A DNA stretch of 64,000 nucleotides from a virus (lineage: Duplodnaviria; Caudoviricetes). The notes below the pieces were generated by a model, which was not told the DNA's origin, did no database searches, and worked only from the letters and a program-made list of their open reading frames with translations. The stretch is from the IMG/VR virus record IMGVR_UViG_3300022555_000032, positions 1 through 64,000 of that record; one strand, given 5' to 3'. This document shows positions 1 through 15,000 of this stretch, in pieces. The stretch's first letter is position 1. Each line of letters begins with the position of its first letter. The translations under genes were made by a program, and so were the position numbers.

Positions 1-14
1 AAGATATTATCAAT

Positions 15-3000
15 ATGCTTGAGAATACATTTGGAGAGAAAGGAAAACTCACTAACTGGATGGAAGCTAATCTTGGATTCATTCAAAAGAAGGTTGAAAA
101 CAGTGATGAAACAAAAGAGCATTCTCCATTACTTAATAATCCATTAGGAAGAATTGATGATAACCTTAAACAATCATATGAGGATTGGTATAAGAATAAA
201 TTGAAACCTAATGTAATTACTCCTATTCAGGCAAAGATCGATCGCAGTATAGCCGATAAGAAGATCAAACAGATGCGAAACATGGCAAATCGTGAAGAAT
301 TAGGTATTTCCTTCATAGAGATGCTTAATGTAGCCTTTGCTGGTAAACTTGATAAGGATGCTGAAAAAACCCTTGCTGATGCTGAAAAGGCATTGGATGA
401 TCTTTCAAAGATGGAGATCGATGGTAAACAATACGAAAGGCTTTATGATCTTCTTGATAAATATCTTAATCTTGATGATACTAAGCCAGAGACATTCCCT
501 ACTCGTAATGCAATAGAGAAAAGATTCATTGAGACACATCATATCATTGTCCAGGCATATACTAAACTCAGTGGCAAGTTAGGTCCGGTTGAACAAGAGT
601 TATTGGATAGCCTTGGAGAATATGTATATGATCTTAATTCCTTTGAGGTAAGATATGCTATTCGTAATGATAAGAGTGGTGATGTAGGTCTATTAACGGC
701 TGAGTCTTATGCTAAAGGTAAAGATGTATTTACCAAAATAAGATTCCAAGATAATGAAAAAAGAATCGCTTTAGGAAGACAAGATCCATTATCAGAGGAA
801 TATAGTTTCTTTCAGGAGTACTCCTTATATCTTGCTCATAGGATTAATGTAGCCGGAACTGAAGGATCTCCTACATGGGAACAGTTATACCAGATGTACG
901 ATGATGTTCTTAATAGTGAGTTTACTAAGGAAGGCAATCCTATCTATGGAGAAAACTCTAGACTAGGAACAGTAGAACAACAGGAAGCGCTTATTCATCT
1001 ATTAGGATGGTACTATAATCCAAGTCAGAAGTATCTTATTGATAATATTAAGAAAGATCAGTATGTAAAGAATAGAACATGGGATAATGCCATTCTTCTT
1101 CGTGCCTATTCTGGTACCGGAAAGTCAACATGGATGTTTCAACACTTCCTTAATGCTATCTTATTACAGAAAGGTATTACAGATGGAAAGTTCAAAGCAA
1201 CAGTAGTTCTTCCAAACTCAGGATTAACAAAGACCTTTAATGAGAATCTTAAGACTCTTAATGAGAAGTTTCCAAAACTAGAACTACAGATTATCTATTC
1301 AGACGATCTTATCAAAGGAAACATAATCGATGCTGATTCTGATTTCGTATGGCTTGAAGAAGCAAGTTTATACCGAAAGGAAGATGTAGCAAACATTCAT
1401 AAGAACATTGGAGATAAGAAAGTGATCATCGTAGGAGATGATGGTCAGACAACACCAGATGGATCTAATCCAACATGGTATACCTTCCAAGGAGTCTGTG
1501 AAAAGACACTGCCAATGACAGAGAGTTTCCGAGGGAACTCTTTAACTGTTTTTAACGATCTCTTCTCCTGGGGAAGACAACAGTTTTTTAATCCTATGAG
1601 TACTACTGGCATAGATTGGTCTACTATGTCTAAAGGTAAATGGAAGTTTGGTCAGGATGGAAGAGGCCCTATTGGACTTCGTGTTGTAAGGTCAAAGGAA
1701 GAGATACTGCAAGACTTTAAGGAATTCATGGGTATCATCAAGGGTCAGGACATGGAGTTTCCCTCAGAGAAGGAAAACGCTATCCTGATCGTTGCCACAA
1801 CTCTTGACAAGCAAATCCTTTTAAAAGAACATCCGGATCTTCAAAACTTCACTGATAATATCAAGACTATTCAGTATGATCTTGATTACATCATGGCTAA
1901 TGATAAATATCGTGAAGAGAACATATCTGGAATAGAAAAGGAATTCGTATTCATCTATTCTGATTGGTCAGCAAATAATAACATTGAAAAGAAAGACATT
2001 CAGGACTTAGCAACTGAAACCGGAACATCTCCTATTGATCCTTATGTCGCCAGTACTACGCTTGGTAAAACTCAGGCAAGACATATCTTAACTGCAACTA
2101 CAAGAGCAAAGAGGTTCTTAGTGATGATCAATCCTGAAGCTAATGAATCTACCCAGACAATTGATCATGCTTTACCAGATGATAAGATAGATGGTTTTGG
2201 ACCACATGCTCAAGAGACAACACCAGAACAGGTTCAGCTTATGCAAAGGATCTCTTCTGCAGCAATTGAAGGAAGACATAATTATACTAAGACTCCTGGT
2301 ACTGGTGGATCAGTCGTACAGAGTGATGATCTTATCTTCAATAGTGAGCTTACTACAAATGCAAAAAAAGAGCTGGCAACTAATGAGAATATCATAAAGT
2401 TCACCAGTCAACTATCTCCTACTTTTAATACTAATGATCAGCATGTTACTAACCTTACTCAATTAACATCATTACTATCTGAGAGTACTAAACCATCTGA
2501 AATAAGTACATCAAATGCGCTGGCTAATAATGTCCATAGGGAAGCAATCTTATGCGCCTTGGATCCTGATCGGTCAGAAGTAAAAGGAATAGCACTAATG
2601 GAACAATTCCTTGATGTTTATATGAAAGTTACATCTGTAACCTATAAGAAAGAAGATATTCCGGATATTGCTGAGACTGTATTCCATAGGTGGAAGATGC
2701 CTATTATCCAGTCTGATCTATCTAAGTTGATCAATAATCCTTTAGCAGTAATAGCTCATAATGTTTCCTTTAATGGATTCTCAGGAGAACCGCCTATCAT
2801 TGAAGTAGTAGGTTACGATAAGAAGACCAATAAGCCAATAGTAAACATTACTGATTTTACATTTGCCAATGTTACTGAAGCAAGTGAGTATTCGAAAAGC
2901 AAACTTGGAGTATATGCAGCCTTAGCAGAAGCCAATGGTGCTATTATCAATAGATTAAATATCATTCCTGTTCAAATCAATAGCAAGGGTAAGTTCATGG

Positions 3001-6000
3001 GAACCAATTATGGAGAAACCATTAACTTATCAATGGAAGAACGGTCTAAATATGTTCTCAATGGAAAGTCAATAGTAGGCTCTACAACACCTACAACGCA
3101 GACTTTTGCTTCAGTTGAACAAATGCTTCAATCTGCCAGGACAGTTGACTACGACTACGCAGGAATCAAAATAGGAGGATACTATTTCAATCGGACAACT
3201 GGCACCAGAGATCAGGTAACAGGACTTGAGATCAATGCCAAAGGTGATGTAGTAGTGAACATTGCTACTAAGAATGGAAGTAATAAAGCTTTCAAGTTGG
3301 ATACCTTTACTCAAACATTCTCTTTTGCTTCTATGAAGGACATTAATCCTTTATACAAAGAGTCTGCAGTATCATCCTTCAATGGAGACAAAGTAACCGG
3401 AACCTCTCATGCTTTTGCTATTGCTCCACTGATAGGATCATCATTACTTAATGGTAACTTCTATCAATCTAATATCATCAAACTTCGTCAGTTAGTAAGA
3501 GATAAGATAAGATCTCTGGGCCCACTGACCAAAAGACTATATGTTAATGGTAAGGATACTCTTGGATTAGTCTCTATTAATGACAATGGTAATGCTATTG
3601 AAGCTTATGATAACTGGAAGTATGTTGTTACCAATGAACTTGATGAAAGTCAGATAATAGGTCTTATTAGTAATAAATTATTTAATAAATTGTTACGAGA
3701 TAAGATTTATGTTAAACGAACAAAAACATACGAAAACCAACCAATAAGACCTGTATCATGGTCATCTATTGAGGAACTTAAGCAAAAAATTCAAAACGAT
3801 TTTAATAATAATCCAAATATTAATATTGCAAAATATGTTGAAGATTCAACTTCGTCGAATTATTCATTAGAAAAATTAAATGAATTTTATAATACTATCA
3901 ATAGTATTATTACTGATGAACAACTTTATCATATTTTTAAATCTTTTGGACTACACATTGTCTCCATGGACTATGAAAGCGAGTATGACTATAAGGATGC
4001 TGAAGGCAAGATCCCTTTAAAAATATTTGCAGATCCTAACTCAGAGATAAGTAAAGCTGCAGTTGACTATATTAATACTGGTAATGAGAAAGTCTTTGAT
4101 CTATTAAACAGAGATGGATTTACTCAAAGATACGTTCCGGCCGATCAGAAGAATCAGGATATTGCCAAGCAAGCTAATGTAGAACTTAACATCTACAGGT
4201 TGAAGATGATTAAGATGCTTCATGATGGTATTGAAGTAAAGACTACCATACAGGACACAAAGAGAAATCTTATCTATTCTGACGAACCAGTATCCTTTAA
4301 GGACTTTACTGAGAACATGGAGGCCAGGGGATTTATCTTTGAGATGAAGGGTAATAATATTGATATTGCTACCAAAAGAGTTAAAGTAGGAAAAAATAAA
4401 AAAACATTCTTTACTATTACTGCTAAGACTCCCGAAAAAACATACATTGAAATTAGATTCGATGGATCAAGATTAGGAACAGATCTTCATTCAGTTATCT
4501 CTACTTTATTATCCGGACTAGAACCTGATATTACTTTACAGGGAATGGGAAATGTCTTTGATGATCTTGATAAATTAGGAGATAAGATAGGTGAAATGAA
4601 AGGTATTGCTGATGAAGCTGCAAGGAAGATAACAGTAGGTCAGGCAGTACAGAACCTTCGTGATGCTTTTGATGAATTACCAGTAGTACAGTTCTTCCGG
4701 CATAATATGTCTGTCTTTAATGAACAGATGAAGACTAATGAAGCATTTAGAACTTATGCAAGTCAATTCTTTGATGTTGGACTACATTCAAGTAAAAAAA
4801 CTCAGGAGTTAAAGCCTAAAGGAGTTACGTATCAGTATCAGTTACAAATGATAAGTGATTTTCTTAAAGGTCTTACAGTTGATAAAAACGTATCTACTGA
4901 TGGAAGTATTCGTTTGAATAATGAAACAGAGGGATTCTACTTATACAATACTCCTTATACTGACTCAAAGGATACTGTTAATCCAAAGAACATTACTACC
5001 AATGTATCTGCAATAGGAGAACCAATGGTGTTTACTTTAAGAGATACTAACATACCAAAGAACAGTACTATCCGATTCATGCAGAGAGGTATCACTAATC
5101 CAAGTGATATCAAAATGACTAACATGGATCAGGTCACCAGAGAGGTCTATCGTATCATAGGACAGAGGCTAACCGATAATGATAGGATCTACTTAAAGTC
5201 TCCTGAAGAGATGAAGGCGATGTTTAATGATGATCTATACGGTGCTATGTTAGATGCTGCAATCTATCTTACAAAACTTGGAGATGGAACACTGGGTAAC
5301 TACTTTGCTGGCCGACATGAGGCATGGCACTTTGTACTTCATAACCTTTTGAATAACGAAACAGAGAACCGGATCCTTGAACTTACCAAAAAAGAAATGG
5401 TAAAGAAAGGACTAGCTAATTCTATTGAAGATATTACCGATTCTCAGGCACATGAATATGGTGCTAATATGTTCATGCGTGAAGACTATAAGAAGCATAC
5501 CTTACCAGGTCGGATATATCAAACCATTAAGAGATTCTTAACATGGCTTAAGATAACGGCACCGGATATCAACTGGTGGATGCGTAAGATTGACTCAGGT
5601 AAATATGCTGATGCTCCTATTCTTCAGAATGAACTTGAAGGAGTAATGTTTCCAATGAAGTCTAATTGGGAATATGGAAGTGATAAAGCACATGATAGAT
5701 TAAAGAAGACCTTTGGTAGTGATGATCGCTGGACCTCTATTGTCTCTGATCGTGTTATGCCTGAGTTAATGGATCATTCTCCTTACTCAAGACATTTCTT
5801 TGAAGCAAGGAACGCTGGATCAAAGAACATGATCAATCGTACCATAGATGCTTTCCTTGATAAGGAAAGTCAATTTGGACAAGAAAGAGTAACTATTAAT
5901 CAGACTATTAATGGAGAGAATGGTGAAGAGTCAGTAGTTCATAGATTTCAGTTACTAGTTAGTGAAATGACTACTGAAGATTATATGGTCGCTATGTCAA

Positions 6001-9000
6001 GCAATACCCAGGATAATCTCAGGGCCATGTATAAGTATGAGAACTATCATCTTTCTAATCCTAATATACTTCTTCCAATGATCCAGCATATCTTCGGATC
6101 GGTAAATATTCAAAAGATACTTGATGGTCAGCATACTCCTAAAGTAACAGGGATATCAGCATGGAGTAAAGATTCAGATATCATCATGCCGGAACAGTCC
6201 TTAAGCAAGATGTTTCTTCTTCTCTTCAACTCAATGCCTTTATGGGATTACAATACAAAGAAGATCAGTAGAGACGGAAGACGTAATCCTAAAAGGGTAG
6301 ATGCAAAGAATCTTGATACCTTAATGATGACTGTATCAACTCTTCTTCAGGAATCAGGCAAACCTATTAACGATAGATCCTTCTTACAAGCGTTTAAAGA
6401 CGTTATTAAGGCACACCCAGGGATTAAGTCAGGTCAGCAGATGGAACTTGTCAATACGGCTTATTCTTTCCTTATGGAGTGGGGAGAGAACCCAGAGAGT
6501 AAAGGTATAATTTATGATCCGGTAAAAGGAGAGTTTGTATCTGAAGAAGGTAGTGATCCTCCTATTGGAAGATGGGAAATGATCAATAATGCAGATATGT
6601 GGTCAGGTGCTCAAGGAACTCCTACAAGATCATTAGGAAGACAGTCTGCAGCACGACATGACTTTGAGATGGATTTTCAATCTATGATGGAGAACTATCG
6701 TGATGCTTTCTCAATACTTAAGACCTATTATCTTTCAAGATATTCCAGAAGGCAAGCTCAGTTTAATACCTACTTCGTAGACGGAACCTACTTTGACTTC
6801 AATACTAATACTAATAGTGATCTTAAGATATTCTTAAGCAACATCAGGGGTGTATTAAAAGACAATCTTTATACTACTGAAGGAACTCAGATAAATGAAA
6901 GCACAATCGATGCTATCATGCCAGGGGATAATCAACAGTATGACATTGACCTTGTAAAAAATCAGTTATTAAGGAAGGTAAAAGATGGAGATAAGTTTAA
7001 ATTCATTCCGGTACTTGGACATGACTTAGGAGTATCTACTGAACTAGTTAAATTTATGAAGTTCTTAGGACTTGATGGATTTAATGAAGAGATATTCTCA
7101 GCACTTAAGGAAGACTATCGTAGAGAAGTTCAGTCTAACCTGGTAACTGCATTTAAGTTATTGAAGTTAGGTGCTTTAATAACCAAGTTTCAGAATAATA
7201 ATCATTATGATGTCAATGAAGAAGGATCCGGTAAGAATTTCTTATCTGCTATGTCTTCCCTGGATACTCCCGATGCAAAAGAGATAGTATCATTGATCAA
7301 CTCTATTGAAAAGGACTATGCCAAGAAGGAGAATCTATTTGATCTTACAAACATATCCAATCTTAAAAAGGCTAATCTATACCAGGTAAGCCAAGGAATG
7401 AAACTTCCTGAGATCATGGATATGCATAAGTTCTTCGAAGGTATATCTACTCCTTACAACTACATTAAAGATGTCTTTGCTTCCAGAGTAGTAAGAGGTG
7501 TACTTGGAACTTATAAATCAGAGAATCCTTTAGGCAGTCTTATTGCTCAGATGTTTGCCGGAACTACTACTTCCAATAGCAGATTAGCAGTCGATATCCA
7601 AAAGAGAGCCGAAGATCATATTTCCAATGGACTGAAGATTGAGTCTCCATTCTTCTCGAAGGGAGAGAATGGTCAGCCAGTGTTCAATAATCCTATAATG
7701 AGCAAAAAGATCTCCATGGACTATCTCTATACCATGGATGGTGTTGAGGGATGGAAGAACGCTAATGAGTGGACTACGATGTCTGTAAACGATAAATTAC
7801 GTGGTCTATTCGAAGCATGCGTATGGGGCAATCAGATCATTACTGGAAGCAAGAGTAATGTTCCTTCCTTTCCAGCCTTCATTGATACTTTATCAGATAA
7901 GAAGTCAAAATACTTCACTGTTATCCGTTTCATGGACAAACAGTATGCTCAACAATCTTTATTGTTTACAGAAAGAGATCAGTATAAGCATAAGATCAGA
8001 GAGACTATTGTTAATGGTGCTGCAGTAGGGTCTATCCTTATTGACTTTGTGAAGTATTACGATGCTCTTAGGACTACTACTAAAGAACGGTTTGATAATG
8101 CCAAAGGAAACACCTTCAATCTTGTAAAGGATCGTGACTATGTAGTAAACAAAGACGGAAGCATAGGATTAGGCAATGCTATCATTCAGCCTAACAATCC
8201 TTATAATAACATTCACCTTGAACCTAATTCAAGCGACATTGATGTTTACAACTCAGCCAAGAAAGCACATCAGCAATTCTATGATAACTTAGTTGCTATT
8301 ATGAATGATGCTGCTTATCAGATGCCTACTCATATTGCCTCACAGTTTGCTACTTTCCCTGTAGAAGATATTTCATATTCAGAAGCTATAACAGATAAGA
8401 TCCAGGCTAAAGAATCAAAGAGTCTATCTGAATGGAGAAAGGAAGCTGAGAAACTAACTCATATCTCCCGTAATGAAGCCGGTGTAGTAGAAGATGGAGA
8501 GGATGATAATTCTAAAGCGATCTGGAAACATTATAAGACTATTCAGGACCATGCGGTTCAACAGATGGTTAAATCCGGATACAAGTATATTTCTTCAGAT
8601 GGTAATGTTATCTGGCACCCGATCATTGAAGCAGCTTACTGGGGCCACCATATCTTCAACGAATCAGTATCTCATTTGATCAGAGGAAACCAATTCGAAT
8701 ACCATGATGTAGTTGACTATATCAAAAGAGGAAGCGGTATCACCATTGAAGGACTGAATTATAATGTCAATCAGAATGAAGATAATATTACCGGAATAGC
8801 AAAGGAGAGTAGAATACTTATCACTAAGGATATTAAGTTTGATGATCCTTACTATGGAAAAACTAATAAGTTATTCGATGGTGCTATGTATCTTAATCCG
8901 GTAGATGCACTTGACTATGAGCATGCCATGGGTGGACTGATAGGTATCCTTGGAGACGGACCACAAAAGAATGTTCTCTTTCAGCATGATCCAGTAGCAT

Positions 9001-12000
9001 ACAACTCTCTTTATGTCAAGATGGACCACTTCCCACGATCAGCTTATGATTATGAGAATAGTGATATTGACAAACAGATGGTTCACATGATGCTTGGACC
9101 AGTTATTTCAAAATGGTTAACAGAGTATTACGAACCTCTTGTTAAGAATCCTTTGACTCCTGTTGAACTTGAATCTCTATCAGGTCAATTAAAGACCGAT
9201 ATAGAACGAGGGTACGATGATGAAGGTAATGTAGTCAAGATGATAGGAAACCTTCCTGTAACCATTAAAAACCGACTTCTTAGTGATTTTAATGATGCTA
9301 TACTTGATGTAAGCAGACATTTACAGAAAGACGAATGGATCATCAATGGAAAGGAATATGATACTAAGGAGTTAAGAAAAACGATGATCAACTGGATAGG
9401 CTTTGAAAGTACTATCAAGACCGGAATAACAAGAGTAAATGATCTCTTCAACTCCCAGGAAGGAGAATTAAGTCATATCGGAAAAGCTATTGAGGATCCT
9501 ACTTATGATCTTAACGCATTATTCAATAGTGATGATAAGCTGATTACTGTTAACAATGCCAATCTTAGACTTCAGACCATTACAGCACAAGGAACTGAAA
9601 GCACAATGAAGAACTATCCTACTCAGATATCTAATATTATAGGTATCATGGATAAGAACTCAGCCTATGGTAAAGCAATTCAAAATGCTATTGCCGGATT
9701 CGTAGGTGTAGCTGCAGAAAAACTTGATGCAATGTCTCCAAAAGAGATAACGGATATGCTTGCTAAACGAGGATCCAAATACCTTTACGAAAGAGGTGAT
9801 GGTAGTTTAATGAGCAAAATTCTTTCTGATCCTTCTATTGTGCCGGATGTAGTAAGAGCAAAACAGTTACTTGAAGTAGTCAACTATTTCAATGACTATA
9901 TCAAACCGGACATGCCAGGTAATACCTACATTCAGGAACCTTCTACACATCAGTTATTCGTAATCAAAGATGCTAATGGAAAAGAATTACTTCATGGATG
10001 GAGAGATCTTAACGGAACACAAAAGATAGATGTTCAGAAAAAGACTGGTATCATTTCCAGAAGAGGACTTCAGAGTGCTAGGTATGTAGTTGATAATTCA
10101 GAAATCAATCCTGAGACTGGTAAAGGATATACTAAGGAAGAGATCAAGTCAATCATTAATTCTGATCCTTCAAGAGTACAGTATCGTCCTGCAGATCTTA
10201 TCCTTGCTTATCCTAATGCCCGGGAGTTTGGAATAACTAATGAGAATACCCTTGCCTCAGTAGTATCATATCATCAGGATGGAAAGCTTTATAGTCTTTA
10301 TGAAGAATGGAATAATCGTTGGACTAATGAGATGTATCGTGATTTCTTTACTAATCTTTGGGCCGATAAGACTACTGATGATATCCTATTAGGATTTGAT
10401 GCTAATGTAAGCAAACAGATAAGAAGGAATGCTCAAAAGAGAACAGAGAAACTAGGTCGTGCTATCTTTAAGGATGATCTTGTAATAGCTGCAGCAAACT
10501 ACTTCCATAATTTCAATAATTCCCTTGATGTATTCTTTACCCGTATTCCTACCTCAAATGCTTCCTCAGCTTCAGTAGCCAGGATAGTAGGATTTGTTTG
10601 GGATAAACAGAACTCTGCAGTACTTAATCCTAATAAGAATCTCTTTGATGGATCCGACTTTGACTCTGACCCGTTACAGTTATACTTTAGGACCTTTGAT
10701 AGAGAAGGAAGACTTTCTCAGGAAGGAGAAGATAAGCTGGATGGATTTAGGAACAATCTCTTTGAAGCCTTTAGAGGTTATTACATGGACTCTACGCATA
10801 ACTTTGATATGGTGACTGAGCCTATCGAACTTCAGCGCTTAAGAGATATCAGAGACCACAAGATGGATACTGATAAGAGAACTCAGTTAGGATCCACTCT
10901 TGGAACGATGTTCGACATGGACTATGTTAACCACATGAGTAAGAACATGGTTGGTTTTATGGCTAACATAGAGAACTTTGTCGGTAAACTTCTTCATCTT
11001 TCATTCCAGGAGAGAACAACTCTTGCTGATTCAGGTGCCCTATCAAAAGAATTAGGACTACTTGTTGATCCTTCTCAGCAACAGCATATACCAAAAGCAA
11101 TATCTTTTATAGCCAATCTTATCAATGCTGCTACGGACTCCGCTAAAGAAGGAGGACTATTAGGATCTCTTAACCTGGACTATCAGATTACTAATCTTGT
11201 CCTTGGTATGATGTTAACCGGAACTCAGGAAGGTAACTTCACTGATGAAATATTCAGCCAGTTAGTATCTAATGAGGAAAAGACTAGGGGAGTAGTCGAA
11301 TCTCTTATCAATAAACAGAAAAGGATTAAGATTGACGATTATCATACTAATCTGTTAATGAGTCTTTCAGCTATTCGTAATACTTATAAGGATGCAAAAG
11401 ACGATGAGTCAGTAGCAATATGTAATCAATTCCTTAAGTATGCAGTAATCGGCCAGGCGGTCCGTAACTTAGGATCTATAGCACGGATTCAAAGCAGGGA
11501 ACTTGATGTTAAAGCTGCTAACTTCTACATGCTTAAAAATGAAGTTGAGTACGCACTTGGATCATCACTTGAAGACTTCCTTAAGTTATCAGAGGATCCT
11601 TCGTCTGAAACCTTTAAAAACAGGTATGCGGTTAATGAACAGATCGGATGGGTTGAGCAACATTCCCCAAGCAATAAATCAAAGAACAAGAAGGGATATT
11701 TATTCGAATCAGATATCCGGTCCACGATAAATGTTCCTTACATAGTTTCCCTTCAGCCTAACTTAAAGGCAATGGTCGTTGCCCTTAACTCAGCTTATAA
11801 GGCAATGACTAAGGTATTTGTTAACGAAAGGGTACAGTCTATTGATGGAACTCCTTTAATAATGAGTGTCATAAGCCAAAAACTTAATCCAAAGAATCCT
11901 GGTGGACTGAAATATGAAGCTCAGTTCGAAGCCTATGAGTTTGCTATGAGACAAACCTTGGTAGGACTATACCTTAATGATGAATTTACTGATTTAGTAC

Positions 12001-15000
12001 AAAGCACTATTGATGATAATGGAAAATCTTCTACAAGAAAATACAATCTATCTTCTAACTTTAGCCGTTACTGGTTTGCTGCCAACTTCCCCGATTATGT
12101 CAGGAATCTTAAGAATCAGTATACAAAGAATCTGTTTATAGATAGATTAGAAAGTCTATCGGATAAAAGACTAGGACTTACCAAGACTGTATTTGTAAAC
12201 AGTAACTACCTGAGTAATGCTCAAAAGGCAATGTATCACGAATCCTTTAACCAGCTTCCATTAGATGTAAAACGTAACTTTCATGCCTATCAACTCTTAT
12301 TAAATGGCTTTGAACAGCGTAATGGTGGTTATTTTGACTTAATGGACAAGGATATCGCTACTAACTACTCTAACTGGCAAAAAGAAAGAGCAACTAATTC
12401 AAGGATCTCTTCTTTATCTGATAAGATAGCTGAAGATATCATAGTAAAAAGATCAGATGCTTTCATAGATAGAGATAATAGCAAGAAACCATGGAAGACC
12501 TATTATAAACAGATTGGAAGTAAGTTCTTTAATCCAAGGATCTATAAGATGGTCAATGGTGAACCTACTCCTATTAATAACATCTATCCTGAATGGCTTA
12601 ATACCTATGGCGCTCTTGAATCAAATGTGTCTTATGAAAAGACCTTTAAGTATGCTACTCCTAAAGAACTAAAGATACTACATGAAAAGGGAACAATCAA
12701 CTTAGCCAGACCTTCTATTAGTCTTACTACCGGAAAGAAACTTGACGAAAAACAATCTGAATTCCATTATGTAAGAAGTGAAGATACTGTTGTTCTTCCG
12801 GATGGAAGTGTAGGAATTATCAGGAACCAGACCTATGAGAAAGATGGTGTAACAAAGGAGAACAATAAGCGTGTTGTCATTACTTTACAGCAACCTAAGT
12901 ATTATGCTAGGTTTGGACAATCAACGGTAAGGAATGGATCCAAGATGGCCGAACTCTTTGTTGATCGTTTAAAGAGGCTTATGCCAATGATCGATATTAA
13001 AATAGGTACTTCAATGGATACTGATGGAGCCTTGGCTAAATTCAACGATAACGGATCACTAACTATCAATGAAGAGTTATTATCACCGGAAACAGCTATC
13101 CATGAATTAGCACATCCTCTTTTACTCATTAAAAAGTACATGGATCCTGAAGGTTATCAGAAGATGGTAACTGAAGCCAATAAATTCATGGACGAAAATC
13201 CTGTCTTTGCTCAGAAAATGAGACAAGAGTATAATATCAATGATAAGGTTGCCTTCGAGATGGAGGTAATAGCAAATATCGTTGGTCTTAACTCCTTTAA
13301 GAATATGCAAGCCTATTTGAACTTCCATGGTATTACTCAACCGGATATCCAATGGAGCTTCTGGAAGCGAATGAGAATGCATATTGAACAGTTCTGGAGT
13401 AGTATGCGTAAGATCATAGGTCAAGTCTTTGGAATAGACAGATCATTCAAAGGGAATACCATATCTGATCTTTCGAACTATCTCTATGACTCATGGGTAA
13501 GTGGATCCATGGTAACTGCTATTACATCACAGGAATTATCAGCGATGATGAATGGTGGTACCTTCAGTAGTAGATTTGCCTCAGAGTCTATAAAGGACAC
13601 TGGTGGACTACTTAACGAACTTCGCAATACTTCCAATCAAGCTGAATGGACAGATGAACAGAAGATAGCTGAAGCCAGGAGATGCATTAATCCTCTAACT
13701 GGAAAAATGAGTGACTACTTTGATCCGGCTGAAACAAAGTTTGCTGAAACTGATTCACCAGCATCTAAGGATAAGCTTCTTAAGTTATACAAAGCCTTTA
13801 ATGGAAAGAGAAATGAATATGCTAGTCAATTCATTAGATGGATAAAAGAGACTGGTGGATCAACTTCTAAGGAAGCCTCTATAAAGTACTTTGGACAGAA
13901 CGAAAGGGGTGAACCATTAATCGCTACCGGAAACCTTGAAACATTAAAGAGACAACTTAATTTCGGATTTGAAGACACTAAGTACTATCTATATAATGAT
14001 CTTTCCGGAACCGAACACAAGGACCTTTATCATCCAGACCTTAAGATGGACAATGTCATTGTCTCAATTAACAAGATAGATGGTAGAAGAGTAGTTAATA
14101 TCTACTCTATAAGTAAGGAAAGGATTGGTGGAACATCTACCTTAACGAATGGAAAAGGATTGATTGATGGATTAATGAATATGCGTAATGCTGCAGTAGC
14201 CGGAATAGATTACAATAGCACAAATGAAGATGTTGCAGCTGTCGGAATAGGATTGATTCATCGTTACCTGGTTAACACCTTTGATGATGTTGATGTAGAC
14301 AACATAGGCTATATCAATGTAGCAATGAGTGAAAAGAAAACCAACGACCTCTATATGATTGATCCGGTAAGGAACAGAAGAAACATTGAGGCGCTTTCCC
14401 GTATTCCTTCATTCATGAGTAGTCTTTCTAATGGATTGATAAAGGAGATATTCCAATATACCAACTTGAGAGATGCTAATCCGAACTATGAAGAGATGTT
14501 AAAGAGCTTCTATAGATTCAATAATCAGGACGATCTATGGAAGAGCAATATGAATACCTTCATTCTTGATAAGAACAACCTATCTGATCAGGACAAAATC
14601 TCCATTGTAAATACCAGGTTAAGGACTTTGCTTGGAAACAGAACTGAAGATACCATGAATAAGTGGGGTCCAATGGATTTGAAGGAAGTTAACCTATTAC
14701 TTCATACTCTTAAGGATCTTCGTTACATAGGATTCATGTCGGGCCAGATGAATGAGTTTAATGGTCCTAACAAGTTTGAGATGCTTTTAAGCGATGGTCC
14801 AAGCATAAGTAATGATGATATCCAGTTTGCCCGTAGAGTTGCTACAGAGACCTCCAGGGGCATTGTACGAGATATGAATGAGACTAAGAAGAAGATCAAC
14901 TTTGCCTTCGATCATTTCAGAAAAGAATATGCCTCAACAAAGGTTTATCTTAATGATGCTTCCAAGACAATGTTCGATAGGCTATTTGCTACTATGACTG

